Part shown: piece by piece, positions 49,923-58,712 of the stretch
Layout: the number at the start of each line of letters is the position of its first letter
Numbering within the stretch: the first letter of the stretch is position 1
From: Myxococcota bacterium
GTDB lineage: Bacteria > Myxococcota_A > UBA796 > UBA2385
Direction: 5' to 3'
NCBI GenBank assembly: GCA_044344255.1
Contig: JBIJDH010000001.1
Span: forward strand, 192,001-256,000
Length of the DNA: 64,000 nucleotides
Notes under the pieces: model-generated
Database searches by the model: none
Seen by the model: only the letters and a program-made list of their open reading frames with translations
What the model was told of the DNA's origin: nothing
Program-made: the position numbers and the translations under genes

Positions 49923-50705
49923 CTACTTGACCTCGAAGGGCCAGGCTTCGCGGAGCTCACGGGGGGTGTTCTCGAGGGCGTTGACGTCCGCGCTCGTGAT
50001 CAGGCCCTGGGTGTTGAAGGCATAGACACCCGGCTTGAGCTTCTCTTTGGGGGAGATGAGGTAGTCATCTTTGCTCGGGAGCCCCTCGATCGTGAAGGGG
50101 ATGGACTCCACGCCGGTCCAGAGGTTGACCTTCACCTCCTCCTCACCGAGCAACCCCGGCACCTTGGTGCTGGCCACGAACTCGATGCGGTGGAGCTGGA
50201 GATCGATCCGCGACAGCTCGCTCGACCGCAGCTTGGAGCTGAAGACGAAGCGGCTCGTGAAGTCGTGCGAGATCACGCCGTGACCGACGTCGGCGAGGCC
50301 GGTGTAGGCCCGGAGCGCGGTGCCGAAGGTGGTGAGGTTCTGGGGCTCGATCTTCTGGTAGGCGCTGGCGCCGACCGAGTAGAAGCCCGTCTCCGACGGC
50401 TCGGGGTAGAGCAGGAAGTCGGCGCGGAGGGGGGCCTCGGCCTCCTCCTTCACGTCCAACGACACCATCCCCTTGATGTAGCCGTCCTTCCCCGCCATCA
50501 AGCGGTGGGGGCCGACCGGCACCTCGATGAGGAAGGCGCCCTGACCGTCCGTGTGCGGCTGCTCCTGGAGGCCCTCGATCTGGACCGACGCGCCCTCGAT
50601 GGGCTTGCCCCAGATGTCCTTCACCGTGCCGGAGACCTCGGGGGCACCCCCGCAGGCCACGAGAAAGAGAGCCACGGAAGCGTAGAAATGACGACAGGCG
50701 CTCAT
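49923..50705 (-). CDS. Lipoprotein with carboxypeptidase-regulatory-like domain
   Basis: LVAC lipobox; VSGTVKD..GKPIEGASV. Confidence 0.72.
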   Translation of the reverse strand: MSACRHFYASVALFLVACGGAPEVSGTVKDIWGKPIEGASVQIEGLQEQPHTDGQGAFLIEVPVGPHRLMAGKDGYIKGMVSLDVKEEAEAPLRADFLLYPEPSETGFYSVGASAYQKIEPQNLTTFGTALRAYTGLADVGHGVISHDFTSRFVFSSKLRSSELSRIDLQLHRIEFVASTKVPGLLGEEEVKVNLWTGVESIPFTIEGLPSKDDYLISPKEKLKPGVYAFNTQGLITSADVNALENTPRELREAWPFEVK

Positions 50706-50838
50706 CGATGATGCTCCATGGGGGTGCTCTGGCCAGGGGAACCGGCCTGCGGTGGCCCGGTTGGGCGGGCCCATTATCCCGGATCTGAGCGCCGGTCGGC
50801 CAGCCCGCGAGGCGTTCCCCACATCGGTCGTGGGGTGA

Positions 50839-51423
50839 TCACCCCCCGCGGGCGATCAGCGCCCCTCGGAGCAGCCCGAGGTCGAGGCTGCCCGCCCGCA
50901 CGAGGCGATCGACGAGCGCCCTCCCCCCTTCGGCCAGCTCGAGCAAGCGGCGCACGCGGGTGAGCAGGAAGCGGCCTTCGAGCATCTGATCCGGCACGGA
51001 GGAGCCGCTATCTTCGAGCAGGCGGACGGCCTCCCGGAGGCGACCGATCGACTCGTCGATCAGCCGCAGCTCCCGCTCGCGGAACACGCGGGTGATGAGG
51101 GAGACGATGTCGGTCTCGGCCTCGAAGTGGCGCTTCCGCTCGCCCGGAGACCAGGCTCGCCGCACCACCCCCCACTGGAGCAGCTCGGTGACCGTCATGC
51201 TGACCGCGCCCGCGGAGAGCCCGGTTCGGAGCTCGATCTGCTCGGCGGTCAGCGCGTCGCGGGAGAGGTAGAGCACCGCCCAGACCCGCCCCATCGAGGG
51301 CTTGAAGTTCCAAAAGCCCATGAGGTCGCCGATGGTGTCGGCCACGAGCAGGATCGCCCGATCGTGGGGCGAGGCAGATGGGCCGCCCGCGGCGGCGTCA
51401 GGGGGAGGCGGTGGGTGGAGCAT
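50839..51423 (-). CDS. GbsR/MarR-type transcriptional regulator
   Basis: FWNFKPSMGRVWAVLYLS; S.GAVSM...EL..WGVV; ERKRHFEAE. Confidence 0.82.
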   Translation of the reverse strand: MLHPPPPPDAAAGGPSASPHDRAILLVADTIGDLMGFWNFKPSMGRVWAVLYLSRDALTAEQIELRTGLSAGAVSMTVTELLQWGVVRRAWSPGERKRHFEAETDIVSLITRVFRERELRLIDESIGRLREAVRLLEDSGSSVPDQMLEGRFLLTRVRRLLELAEGGRALVDRLVRAGSLDLGLLRGALIARGG

Positions 51424-51543
51424 GGCGCGGCCCTTGGTGAGAGCGAAGCGGTGGTTCGTGGAGGAGTCCGCCAAGGCTGCGAATTCTCGACGAGCCAACC
51501 CTTGCCCGACACCTGTTTTGCCTATAACTTGAACTCCTCATTC

Positions 51544-51563
51544 ATTTCAATCCACATTGAAAT
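51544..51563. promoter_or_regulatory. Perfect inverted repeat, candidate operator
   Basis: ATTTCAAT-CCAC-ATTGAAAT in an AT-rich divergent intergenic region. Confidence 0.7.
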
Positions 51564-51656
51564 TCATGAAGCCAACCGGCGCCGGCGCACCCTCCCAGCC
51601 AGGGCGCGCGCGGGGCCCAGGCGCGCCGCGAGAGCCCTGAAGGGCGTGAGGAAGCC

Positions 51657-52682
51657 ATGGACATGCAGGCCGTCAGGCACCGACCCACCGGGCTCCACGC
51701 CGGGGCGCCGCTCAGCCGGATCTCCCCCCTCGCCCGCAGCTTCGAGCTCGTGGGCCCCGAGATGGCCGAGGTGGAGCACGAGCTCCACCGCCTGCTCGCC
51801 TCCAACGTGCCCGCGGTGCCCGCCATCGGCGGCTACCTCGTGGACGCGGGCGGCAAGCGCCTCCGCCCCCTCCTCACCGGCCTCGCCGCGCGGGCGGCGG
51901 GCCATGACGGCCCGATCACGCGCCTGATGTGTGTGGGCGAGCTCATGCACCTCGGCTCCCTGCTCCACGACGACGTCGTCGACGACGGCCAGGAGCGCCG
52001 TGGCCGCCCTACCGCCCAGCGGGTCTACGGCAACCCGGGCGTGATCCTCACCGGCGACTTCTGCCTCGCCCGCTCGATCTGGCTCGCCGCCGACGAGGGC
52101 GGCTTCCGCGCCGTGGGGGAGCTCGGCCGCACCGCCACCTTGATGGCCGAGGGCGAGGTGCTCCAGCTCCAGAACGCCGGCAACCTCGACCTCGATCTCC
52201 CCACCTACCTCGACATCCTCGACCGCAAGTCCGCCGCCTTGATCGCCTGGTGCGCCGCCGCCGGGGCCTGGTCGCTCGGCCAGGACACGGTCGCAGACGG
52301 CCTCTACCGCTTCGGGCGCGCCATCGGCGTCGCCTTCCAGATCACCGACGACGTGCTCGACTATGTGGGCGACATGCGGGTGACCGGCAAGCGCCGCGGG
52401 CAAGACCTCTCCGAGGGCAAGGTCACGCTGCCCCTCGTGCTCGCGATGGAGCGGGTGCCAGAGCTCCGTCGCCGCTTGAAGAACGGCCCCCCCTCGCCGG
52501 AGCGGATCCCCGCCCTCGTCGAGGAGGTGCGCCAGAGCGGCGCCGCCGACGACGCCCTCGAGGACGCCCGCCAGCGGGTGCAGGCCGGCATCACCGCGCT
52601 CGACGACGCCGGGCTCCCCGACACCCCCTGGAAGGAGGCCCTCGTGGGCCTGGCCCACCACCTCGTCGAGCGGGTGAGCTGA
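51657..52682 (+). CDS. Polyprenyl diphosphate synthase
   Basis: GGKRLRP, LHDDVVD and FQITDDVLD motifs. Confidence 0.93.
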   Translation: MDMQAVRHRPTGLHAGAPLSRISPLARSFELVGPEMAEVEHELHRLLASNVPAVPAIGGYLVDAGGKRLRPLLTGLAARAAGHDGPITRLMCVGELMHLGSLLHDDVVDDGQERRGRPTAQRVYGNPGVILTGDFCLARSIWLAADEGGFRAVGELGRTATLMAEGEVLQLQNAGNLDLDLPTYLDILDRKSAALIAWCAAAGAWSLGQDTVADGLYRFGRAIGVAFQITDDVLDYVGDMRVTGKRRGQDLSEGKVTLPLVLAMERVPELRRRLKNGPPSPERIPALVEEVRQSGAADDALEDARQRVQAGITALDDAGLPDTPWKEALVGLAHHLVERVS

Positions 52683-53419
52683 TGGCCGCCGCCCAGCCCA
52701 GCGCCCCCGTCGCCGGCGCCCTCGACCGCGCGCCCGTCGTGCGCGAGATGTTCGAGCAGCTCGCCCCTCGGTATGACCTCGCGAACCGCCTGCTCAGCCT
52801 CGGCCTCGACCAGGGCTGGCGCAAGAAGGCCATCCGGGCCCTCGAGGACAGCGCCCGGGGCGAGATGATCGACCTCTGCGCCGGCACGCTCGACCTCACG
52901 GTGATGCTGCTCGCCGCCGGCGCTCGCCACGTGCACGCGATGGACTTCTCCGAGAGCATGTTGGCGGTTGGAGCTACCAAGATCCCTGCCGGCGCTCCGG
53001 TCACCATCACCCCCGCCGACGCCCGCTCGCTCCCCCTCCCCGACGCCTCGGTCGATGGCATCATCTGCGGCTTCGGCCTCCGCAATGTCCCGGGCGTGGA
53101 GGGCGCCGTGACCGAGTGCGCCCGCGTGCTCCGCCCCGGCGGTCACCTCGTCGTGCTCGACTTCTTCAAGCCGGTGGGGCTCTTCCCGAAGCTCCTGCAG
53201 GGCAGCTACAACACGCTCGTGCTGCCCGTCGTGGGGGGCCTCGTCACCGGCTACGCCGAGGCCTACCGCTACCTCTCCCGCTCGATCGAGGCTTGGCACA
53301 CCCGAGCGGAATTCGTGGCCCTGCTCGAGGCGCACGGCTTCTCGGCCCAGGGCGAGGAGATGTTCCCCCCGGTCGCCTCCCTCATCACAGGCACGAAGCG
53401 GGCCGAGGGGGCCCGATGA
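52682..53419 (+). CDS. menG: Demethylmenaquinone methyltransferase (UbiE/MenG)
   Basis: RYDLANRLLSLGLD, DLCAGT and FGLRNV motifs. Confidence 0.88.
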   Translation: MAAAQPSAPVAGALDRAPVVREMFEQLAPRYDLANRLLSLGLDQGWRKKAIRALEDSARGEMIDLCAGTLDLTVMLLAAGARHVHAMDFSESMLAVGATKIPAGAPVTITPADARSLPLPDASVDGIICGFGLRNVPGVEGAVTECARVLRPGGHLVVLDFFKPVGLFPKLLQGSYNTLVLPVVGGLVTGYAEAYRYLSRSIEAWHTRAEFVALLEAHGFSAQGEEMFPPVASLITGTKRAEGAR

Positions 53420-54006
53420 GGCTCGTGGTCGGCGTCTCCGGGGCCTCGGGCGCGCCCTACGCCGCCCGCCTGCTCGACTTCCTGGCCGGCCCCGGCCGGG
53501 CCGCTGGCATCGAGACCCACGTGGTGTTCACCAAGTTCGGGCGGCTCTGTTGGCAGGACGAGGTCGGCACCGACCCCGCCGCCTACGGCTTCCCCCTCCA
53601 CCTCCCCGGCGACATGACCGCGCCCTTCGCCTCGGGCTCGGCCCGGTTTGACGCCATGGTCATCGTCCCCTGCTCGGCCGGGCAGCTCGGGCGTATCGCC
53701 GCTGGGGTCAGCGCAGACCTCGTCGGCCGCGCCGCCGACGTGATGCTGAAGGAGCGCCGCCGCCTCGTGCTCGTGCTCCGCGAGTCGCCCTACTCGCTCA
53801 TCCACGTGCGCAACATGGCCACGGTCATCGAGGCCGGCGCCGTCGTGATGCCCGCGTCCCCTTCGTTCTACTCCCGGCCCGAGGGCATCAACGCCCTGCT
53901 CGACACCGTCGTCGCCCGGGCCCTCGATCAGCTCGGTGTTGACAACGCCCTCATGCGTCGCTGGGCCGGCCGTGAGAAGGCCGCTCCATCAGGAGAACTC
54001 TCATGA
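53416..54006 (+). CDS. ubiX: Flavin prenyltransferase UbiX
   Basis: GVSGASGAPY, ASGS, RAADVMLKERR and RESP motifs. Confidence 0.93.
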   Translation: MRLVVGVSGASGAPYAARLLDFLAGPGRAAGIETHVVFTKFGRLCWQDEVGTDPAAYGFPLHLPGDMTAPFASGSARFDAMVIVPCSAGQLGRIAAGVSADLVGRAADVMLKERRRLVLVLRESPYSLIHVRNMATVIEAGAVVMPASPSFYSRPEGINALLDTVVARALDQLGVDNALMRRWAGREKAAPSGELS

Positions 54007-56654
54007 ATTCCCTCCCCCGCACGACGCTCCGCGACATCCGTGACGCCGGCTTGAGCGAGCTCCAAGAGAAGGTGGAGGCCGCCGAGCGCCTCGACGCCGA
54101 GGACGGGCTCCGCCTGTTTCAGGCCCGAGACGTGGTCGCGGTGGGCGCCCTCGCCAACCTCGTGCGCGAGCGGCTCCACGGCGGGCTCACCTACTTCAAC
54201 CGAAACACCCACATCAACGCCACGAACGTCTGCGAGGCGAGCTGCGTGTTCTGCAGCTTCGCGCGCCTGAAGACGGGCGACAAGGACGCCTGGACGCTCA
54301 GCGTCGAGCAGGCGGTGGGCCGGGTGCGGGCGCTCAAGGGCGAGCTGATCACCGAGGTCCACATCGTCAACGGGCTCAACCCCGACCTGCCCTTCTCCTA
54401 CTACACAGACCTGCTCTCCGCGATCAAGGCGGAGCGGCCCGACCTCCACATCAAGGGCTTCACGGCGGTCGAGGTCTTCTACTACGCCGAGAAGTACGGC
54501 AAGTCCATCGAGGGGGTGCTCCGCGAGCTCATGGCCGCTGGCCTCGGCTCCATCCCCGGCGGCGGGGCCGAGATCTTCCACCCCCGCGCCCGTAAGAAGC
54601 TCTGCGACGACAAGGTGGACGCCGATGGCTGGCTCGAGGTGCACCGGGTCGCCCACCGCCTCGGCCTGCGCTCGAACGCCACCCTGCTCTTCGGCAGCAT
54701 CGAGACCCTCGAGGAGCGGGTCGATCACCTGCTCCGGCTGCGGGCCCTGCAGGACGAGTCGCTGTCGGCGGCCGAGCAGCCCGGCCACGGAGGCGGTCAC
54801 TTCCAGACCTTCATCCCGCTCCGCTTCCACAACGACAACAACAACCTGCGGGCGCTGGCCTCCCCCACCGGCTACGACAGCCTGCGAACCATCGCGGTCA
54901 GCCGGTTACTCCTTGATAATTTTCCGCACGTCAAGGCCTACTGGCCGATGCTCGGCACCGAGGTCGCGCAGGCCTCCCTCTGGTTCGGCGCCTCTGACCT
55001 CGACGGCACCGTGCTCGAGGAGCACATCTACCACATGGCCGGCGCCGACACGCCGCAGGGCCTGACCCGGCGCGACCTCGTGCGTTTCATCGAGCAGGCC
55101 GGCCGGGTGCCCGTCGAGCGCGACACCCTCTACCGGGTGCTGCGCCGCTGCGATCCCCTCGCGCCGCCGGAGCCCCTCCCGCGCCCCCCCGTGGTGGCGC
55201 CTGTGGCCTACACCAACGCCCTGCCGCTCATCCGGCACCTGGACGGCGTGCAGGTGCGCCCCGGCCACCCGAGCGAGGTGGCCCGCTGGCTCCGCGCCGG
55301 GGAGGTCGACCTCGCCCTGCTCCCGGTGGGCGCCCTCCTCGGCGACGAGGGCGTGGACTACGCCGTCGTGCCGGACCTCTGCATCGGCGGCGACGGCCCG
55401 GTGGAGAGCGTGCTGCTCGTCGCCGAGCGCCCGATCGGCCAGTGGCGCCGAATCCTCCTCGACGGCTGCAGCCGCACCTCCGTCCTGCTGGCGCGGCTGC
55501 TGCTCCAGCATGGCCCCCTGCGCGCCGCGCTCCACCCCGAGGTCGAATTCGTCGAGGTGGGCATCGGGGAGGGGTTGAAGGGCGCCGTGGGCGACACCGC
55601 CGGCCTCGTGATCGGCGACCTCGCCCGCGAGCTCCCGGCCCGCCTCACCGCGGTCATCGACCTCGGCGCGGCGTGGAAGGACTGGACCGGCCTGCCCTTC
55701 GTCTTCGCCGTCTGGGCGGGCCGCCCCGACCTCGACCCTCGCCTCGTCGAGCGCGTCCGCGCGGGCGGGCTGCGGGGGCTCCAGGCCCTCGAGTCGGGCG
55801 AGCTCCAGGCTCACCTCGGCGCGGCCGACGCCCGGTACCTCGGAGAGGTGATCCGCTTCCCCCTCGACGACCGCGCCACGATGGGCCTGATGCGCTTCGC
55901 CGCCCTCGCCCACCAGCACGGGCTCACCCGCCGCGAGCACTGGAGCCTCTACCCGCCGCCCGCCGCAGCTCCGGCCCCGGAGGCCCGGCGCCGCGCCGTC
56001 GACTCCGCCCTCCTCCGCGGGGCGACCGGAGAGCGCCTGACCGAGGCGGACGCCCTGCTGCTCGACCAGCACGCCACCCTGCTCGAGCTCGGCGCCGCCG
56101 CCAACCTCCGCCGCCTCCAGCTCCACCCCGACGCGCGGGTGACCTGGCGCCTGATCCCAGAGGGCGCTTCGGCCGAGATCGACGACCGCGTCGCCACGAC
56201 CGCCTGGGTCCACATCGGCGGGGCGCTGGGGCCCGAGGAGCGGGTGGCCGGGCTGCTCCGCCTGCGCGCCCTCCAGGACGAGTCCCGCCCGTTCACCGAT
56301 CTCGGCGTGCTCTGCGAGAAGGGCGATGGGAACCGCACCGCCACCGAGTGGATGCGCGTGACGGCGCTCGCCCGCCTCGTCATCGACAACATCCGCCACC
56401 TCCGCGCCGACGCGGGCGGGCACGGCCCCGGCCTCGCCCAGGCCGCCCTCCACCAGGGCTGTGACGACTGGGGCGACGTCCCCGCGCGCGGCGCCCTCGG
56501 GGCGGCGGAGGTCGAGCGCCACATCCGCGCCGCAGGCTTCAGCCCCGCGCGCCGGGACGCGGCCTTCACCCTGCAGGGCGGCCCGATGACCGAGGCGGAC
56601 CCCGAGGGGCGCCCGCTCCGGCGGCTCGCCCCGAGCCCGAGCCCCTCGAAGTAG
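54003..56654 (+). CDS. mqnE: Fusion protein: aminofutalosine synthase MqnE + chorismate dehydratase MqnA + degenerate MqnC-like domain
   Basis: NTHINATNVCEASCVFCSF, PGGGAEIF and HVKAYW (MqnE); YTNALP, GPVESVLL, SRTS, IGD and WTGLPFVFAVW (MqnA); MqnC-like tail lacking CxxxCxxC. Confidence 0.85.
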   Translation: MNSLPRTTLRDIRDAGLSELQEKVEAAERLDAEDGLRLFQARDVVAVGALANLVRERLHGGLTYFNRNTHINATNVCEASCVFCSFARLKTGDKDAWTLSVEQAVGRVRALKGELITEVHIVNGLNPDLPFSYYTDLLSAIKAERPDLHIKGFTAVEVFYYAEKYGKSIEGVLRELMAAGLGSIPGGGAEIFHPRARKKLCDDKVDADGWLEVHRVAHRLGLRSNATLLFGSIETLEERVDHLLRLRALQDESLSAAEQPGHGGGHFQTFIPLRFHNDNNNLRALASPTGYDSLRTIAVSRLLLDNFPHVKAYWPMLGTEVAQASLWFGASDLDGTVLEEHIYHMAGADTPQGLTRRDLVRFIEQAGRVPVERDTLYRVLRRCDPLAPPEPLPRPPVVAPVAYTNALPLIRHLDGVQVRPGHPSEVARWLRAGEVDLALLPVGALLGDEGVDYAVVPDLCIGGDGPVESVLLVAERPIGQWRRILLDGCSRTSVLLARLLLQHGPLRAALHPEVEFVEVGIGEGLKGAVGDTAGLVIGDLARELPARLTAVIDLGAAWKDWTGLPFVFAVWAGRPDLDPRLVERVRAGGLRGLQALESGELQAHLGAADARYLGEVIRFPLDDRATMGLMRFAALAHQHGLTRREHWSLYPPPAAAPAPEARRRAVDSALLRGATGERLTEADALLLDQHATLLELGAAANLRRLQLHPDARVTWRLIPEGASAEIDDRVATTAWVHIGGALGPEERVAGLLRLRALQDESRPFTDLGVLCEKGDGNRTATEWMRVTALARLVIDNIRHLRADAGGHGPGLAQAALHQGCDDWGDVPARGALGAAEVERHIRAAGFSPARRDAAFTLQGGPMTEADPEGRPLRRLAPSPSPSK

Positions 56655-56658
56655 GCCC

Positions 56659-57819
56659 ATGCGAACCGTCACCGCCGCCTGGGCCTGGACCGGCGCCGAG
56701 CTCATCCGCTGGCCGAACATCCGCGTCGCCGAAGATGGCCGCGTGCTGGCCCTCGCGAGCGGAGCGGAGGACGGTGCCACCGGCATCCTCCTCCCCGGGC
56801 TCATCAACGCCCACGCTCACCTGGAGCTCTCGGGCCTCCGCGGGCAGGTGCCGGGGGACGGCGACATGCTGGCCTGGGTGCAGCGCCTGTTCGGCCTCCG
56901 GCAGGGGCCAGACGCAGCGGCGATGCGCGCGGCGATCGCCGAACTGTCGGCCTCCGGCACCGCCGCCGTCCTCGACGTGAGCAACACCGGCGCGCCCTTC
57001 CCCCACCTCGTCGAGGCCGCCGCCGCCCCCACGGGGTGGCTCCGCGCGCGGCTCCAGCTCGAGCTCCTCGCCTTCACCGACGCGGGCTTCGAGGAGGGCC
57101 GACGCCGCCAGCAGGCCTTACCTCAAGATGCCGGTGTAACGAGCGTCCTCACGCCGCACTCGGTCCATGCGCTGAGCGAGGGGGTGCTCCGCCGGTGGGC
57201 CGCGGAGCGTCGGCCGGGCGAGCCCACCCCCACGCTGCACTGCGACGAGTGCCCGGCCGACCGGGAGCTCATCGCGCAGGGCACGGGCCCCTGGGCCGCG
57301 CTGCTCGACCGCTGGGACCGGCCCTGGCGCGGCGCCCTGGCCTCCGGTCGCTCCGAGGTGGACGCGCTGCAGCGCCTCGGCCTCCTCGGCCCCGACCTGG
57401 GCCTCGTCCACCTCCTCGCCGCCGACGCAGCCGACCTCGACCTCATCGCCGCCGCCGGCGCGCCGGTGGTGCTCTGCCCACGCTCGAACCTCCACATCCA
57501 CGGCCGGCTCCCGGACGCCGCGGCGATGGTCCGCCGCGGCATCCCGCTCGCGCTCGGCACGGACTCCCTCGCCTCGAACGCGGATCTCGACCTCCTCGCC
57601 GAGGCCGCCACCCTCCGGGCCGCCGCCTCCGCGATCGATCCCTCGGTCTGGCTCCGCGCCTTGACGCTCGGCGGCGCCGCCCTCTTCGGAGACCCTGAGC
57701 TCGGCGTCCTCCGCCCGGGCGCCCGCCCAGGCCTGCTGCTCGTCCACATCCCCCCGACCGACGATCCCATCGCCACCCTGCTCGACGGGACGCGCTGGCC
57801 GCGGAGCTGGCTCGCATGA
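56659..57819 (+). CDS. Amidohydrolase, probable aminofutalosine deaminase
   Basis: PGLINAHAHLELS, LCPRSN and LGTDSLASN motifs; mqn operon context. Confidence 0.8.
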   Translation: MRTVTAAWAWTGAELIRWPNIRVAEDGRVLALASGAEDGATGILLPGLINAHAHLELSGLRGQVPGDGDMLAWVQRLFGLRQGPDAAAMRAAIAELSASGTAAVLDVSNTGAPFPHLVEAAAAPTGWLRARLQLELLAFTDAGFEEGRRRQQALPQDAGVTSVLTPHSVHALSEGVLRRWAAERRPGEPTPTLHCDECPADRELIAQGTGPWAALLDRWDRPWRGALASGRSEVDALQRLGLLGPDLGLVHLLAADAADLDLIAAAGAPVVLCPRSNLHIHGRLPDAAAMVRRGIPLALGTDSLASNADLDLLAEAATLRAAASAIDPSVWLRALTLGGAALFGDPELGVLRPGARPGLLLVHIPPTDDPIATLLDGTRWPRSWLA

Positions 57820-58691
57820 ACCCCACGCCCCCCTCCCTCACCGCGGGGCTCCGCGCCTTCGCCCTCGACATCAAGCTGTCGCACTCGGTCTTCGCGATGC
57901 CCTTCGCGCTCGCCAGCGCCTGGCTCGTCGCCCGGGACCAGCCCGTCGCCTGGACGCAGTGGGCCTGGATCGTCGCCGCGATGGTGGGGGCCCGGTCGAG
58001 CGCGATGGGCTTCAACCGCATCGTCGACCGCAAAATCGACGCCCTCAACCCCCGCACGAAGAACCGGGAGATCGTGGCCGGTCGCCTCGGCGTCCCCCTC
58101 GCTTGGGCGCTCACCCTCGGGAGCGCGGGCCTGCTCGTGCTCGCGAGCGCGATGCTGCACCCGCTCTGCCTGTACCTCTCGCCGATCGCGCTGCTCGTGG
58201 TCTGGGGCTACTCGCTCACCAAGCGCTTCACGGCCCTCTGCCACCTCGTCCTCGGCCTCGGCCTCGGCCTCGCCCCAGTCGCAGCCTGGATCGCGCTCAC
58301 CGGCTCGATCGCCGCCCCGCCGCTCCTGCTCGCGGGGGCCGTGCTCACCTGGGTCTCCGGCTTCGACATCCTCTACTCGCTCCAGGACCGCGACTTCGAC
58401 GGCGGCCACGGCCTCCACTCCATCCCGGTCGCGCTCGGCGAGCGGGGGGCCCTCTGGGCGAGCGGGCTGCTCCACGTCGCCACCGTGGCCCTGCTGGCCG
58501 CCCTGCCCTTCACCATCCCCCTCGGCTGGGCCTATTGGGGGGGCTGGGCCGTGATCACCGGCGTGCTCGCCTGGGAGCACAGCCTCGTCAAGCCGGGCGA
58601 CATCTCGAAGATCGATCAGGCCTTCTTCGCCGCGAACGGATGGATCTCCCTCCTCTTCTTCGCGAGCGTGGTGCTGGCGACCTGGGTGTGA
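57816..58691 (+). CDS. UbiA-like polyprenyltransferase (MqnP)
   Basis: HSVFAMPFA, FNRIVDRKIDALNPRT and GFDILYSLQD motifs. Confidence 0.92.
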   Translation: MNPTPPSLTAGLRAFALDIKLSHSVFAMPFALASAWLVARDQPVAWTQWAWIVAAMVGARSSAMGFNRIVDRKIDALNPRTKNREIVAGRLGVPLAWALTLGSAGLLVLASAMLHPLCLYLSPIALLVVWGYSLTKRFTALCHLVLGLGLGLAPVAAWIALTGSIAAPPLLLAGAVLTWVSGFDILYSLQDRDFDGGHGLHSIPVALGERGALWASGLLHVATVALLAALPFTIPLGWAYWGGWAVITGVLAWEHSLVKPGDISKIDQAFFAANGWISLLFFASVVLATWV

Positions 58692-58712
58692 CCGGGGGGA
58701 CGCGCAGGGGCG

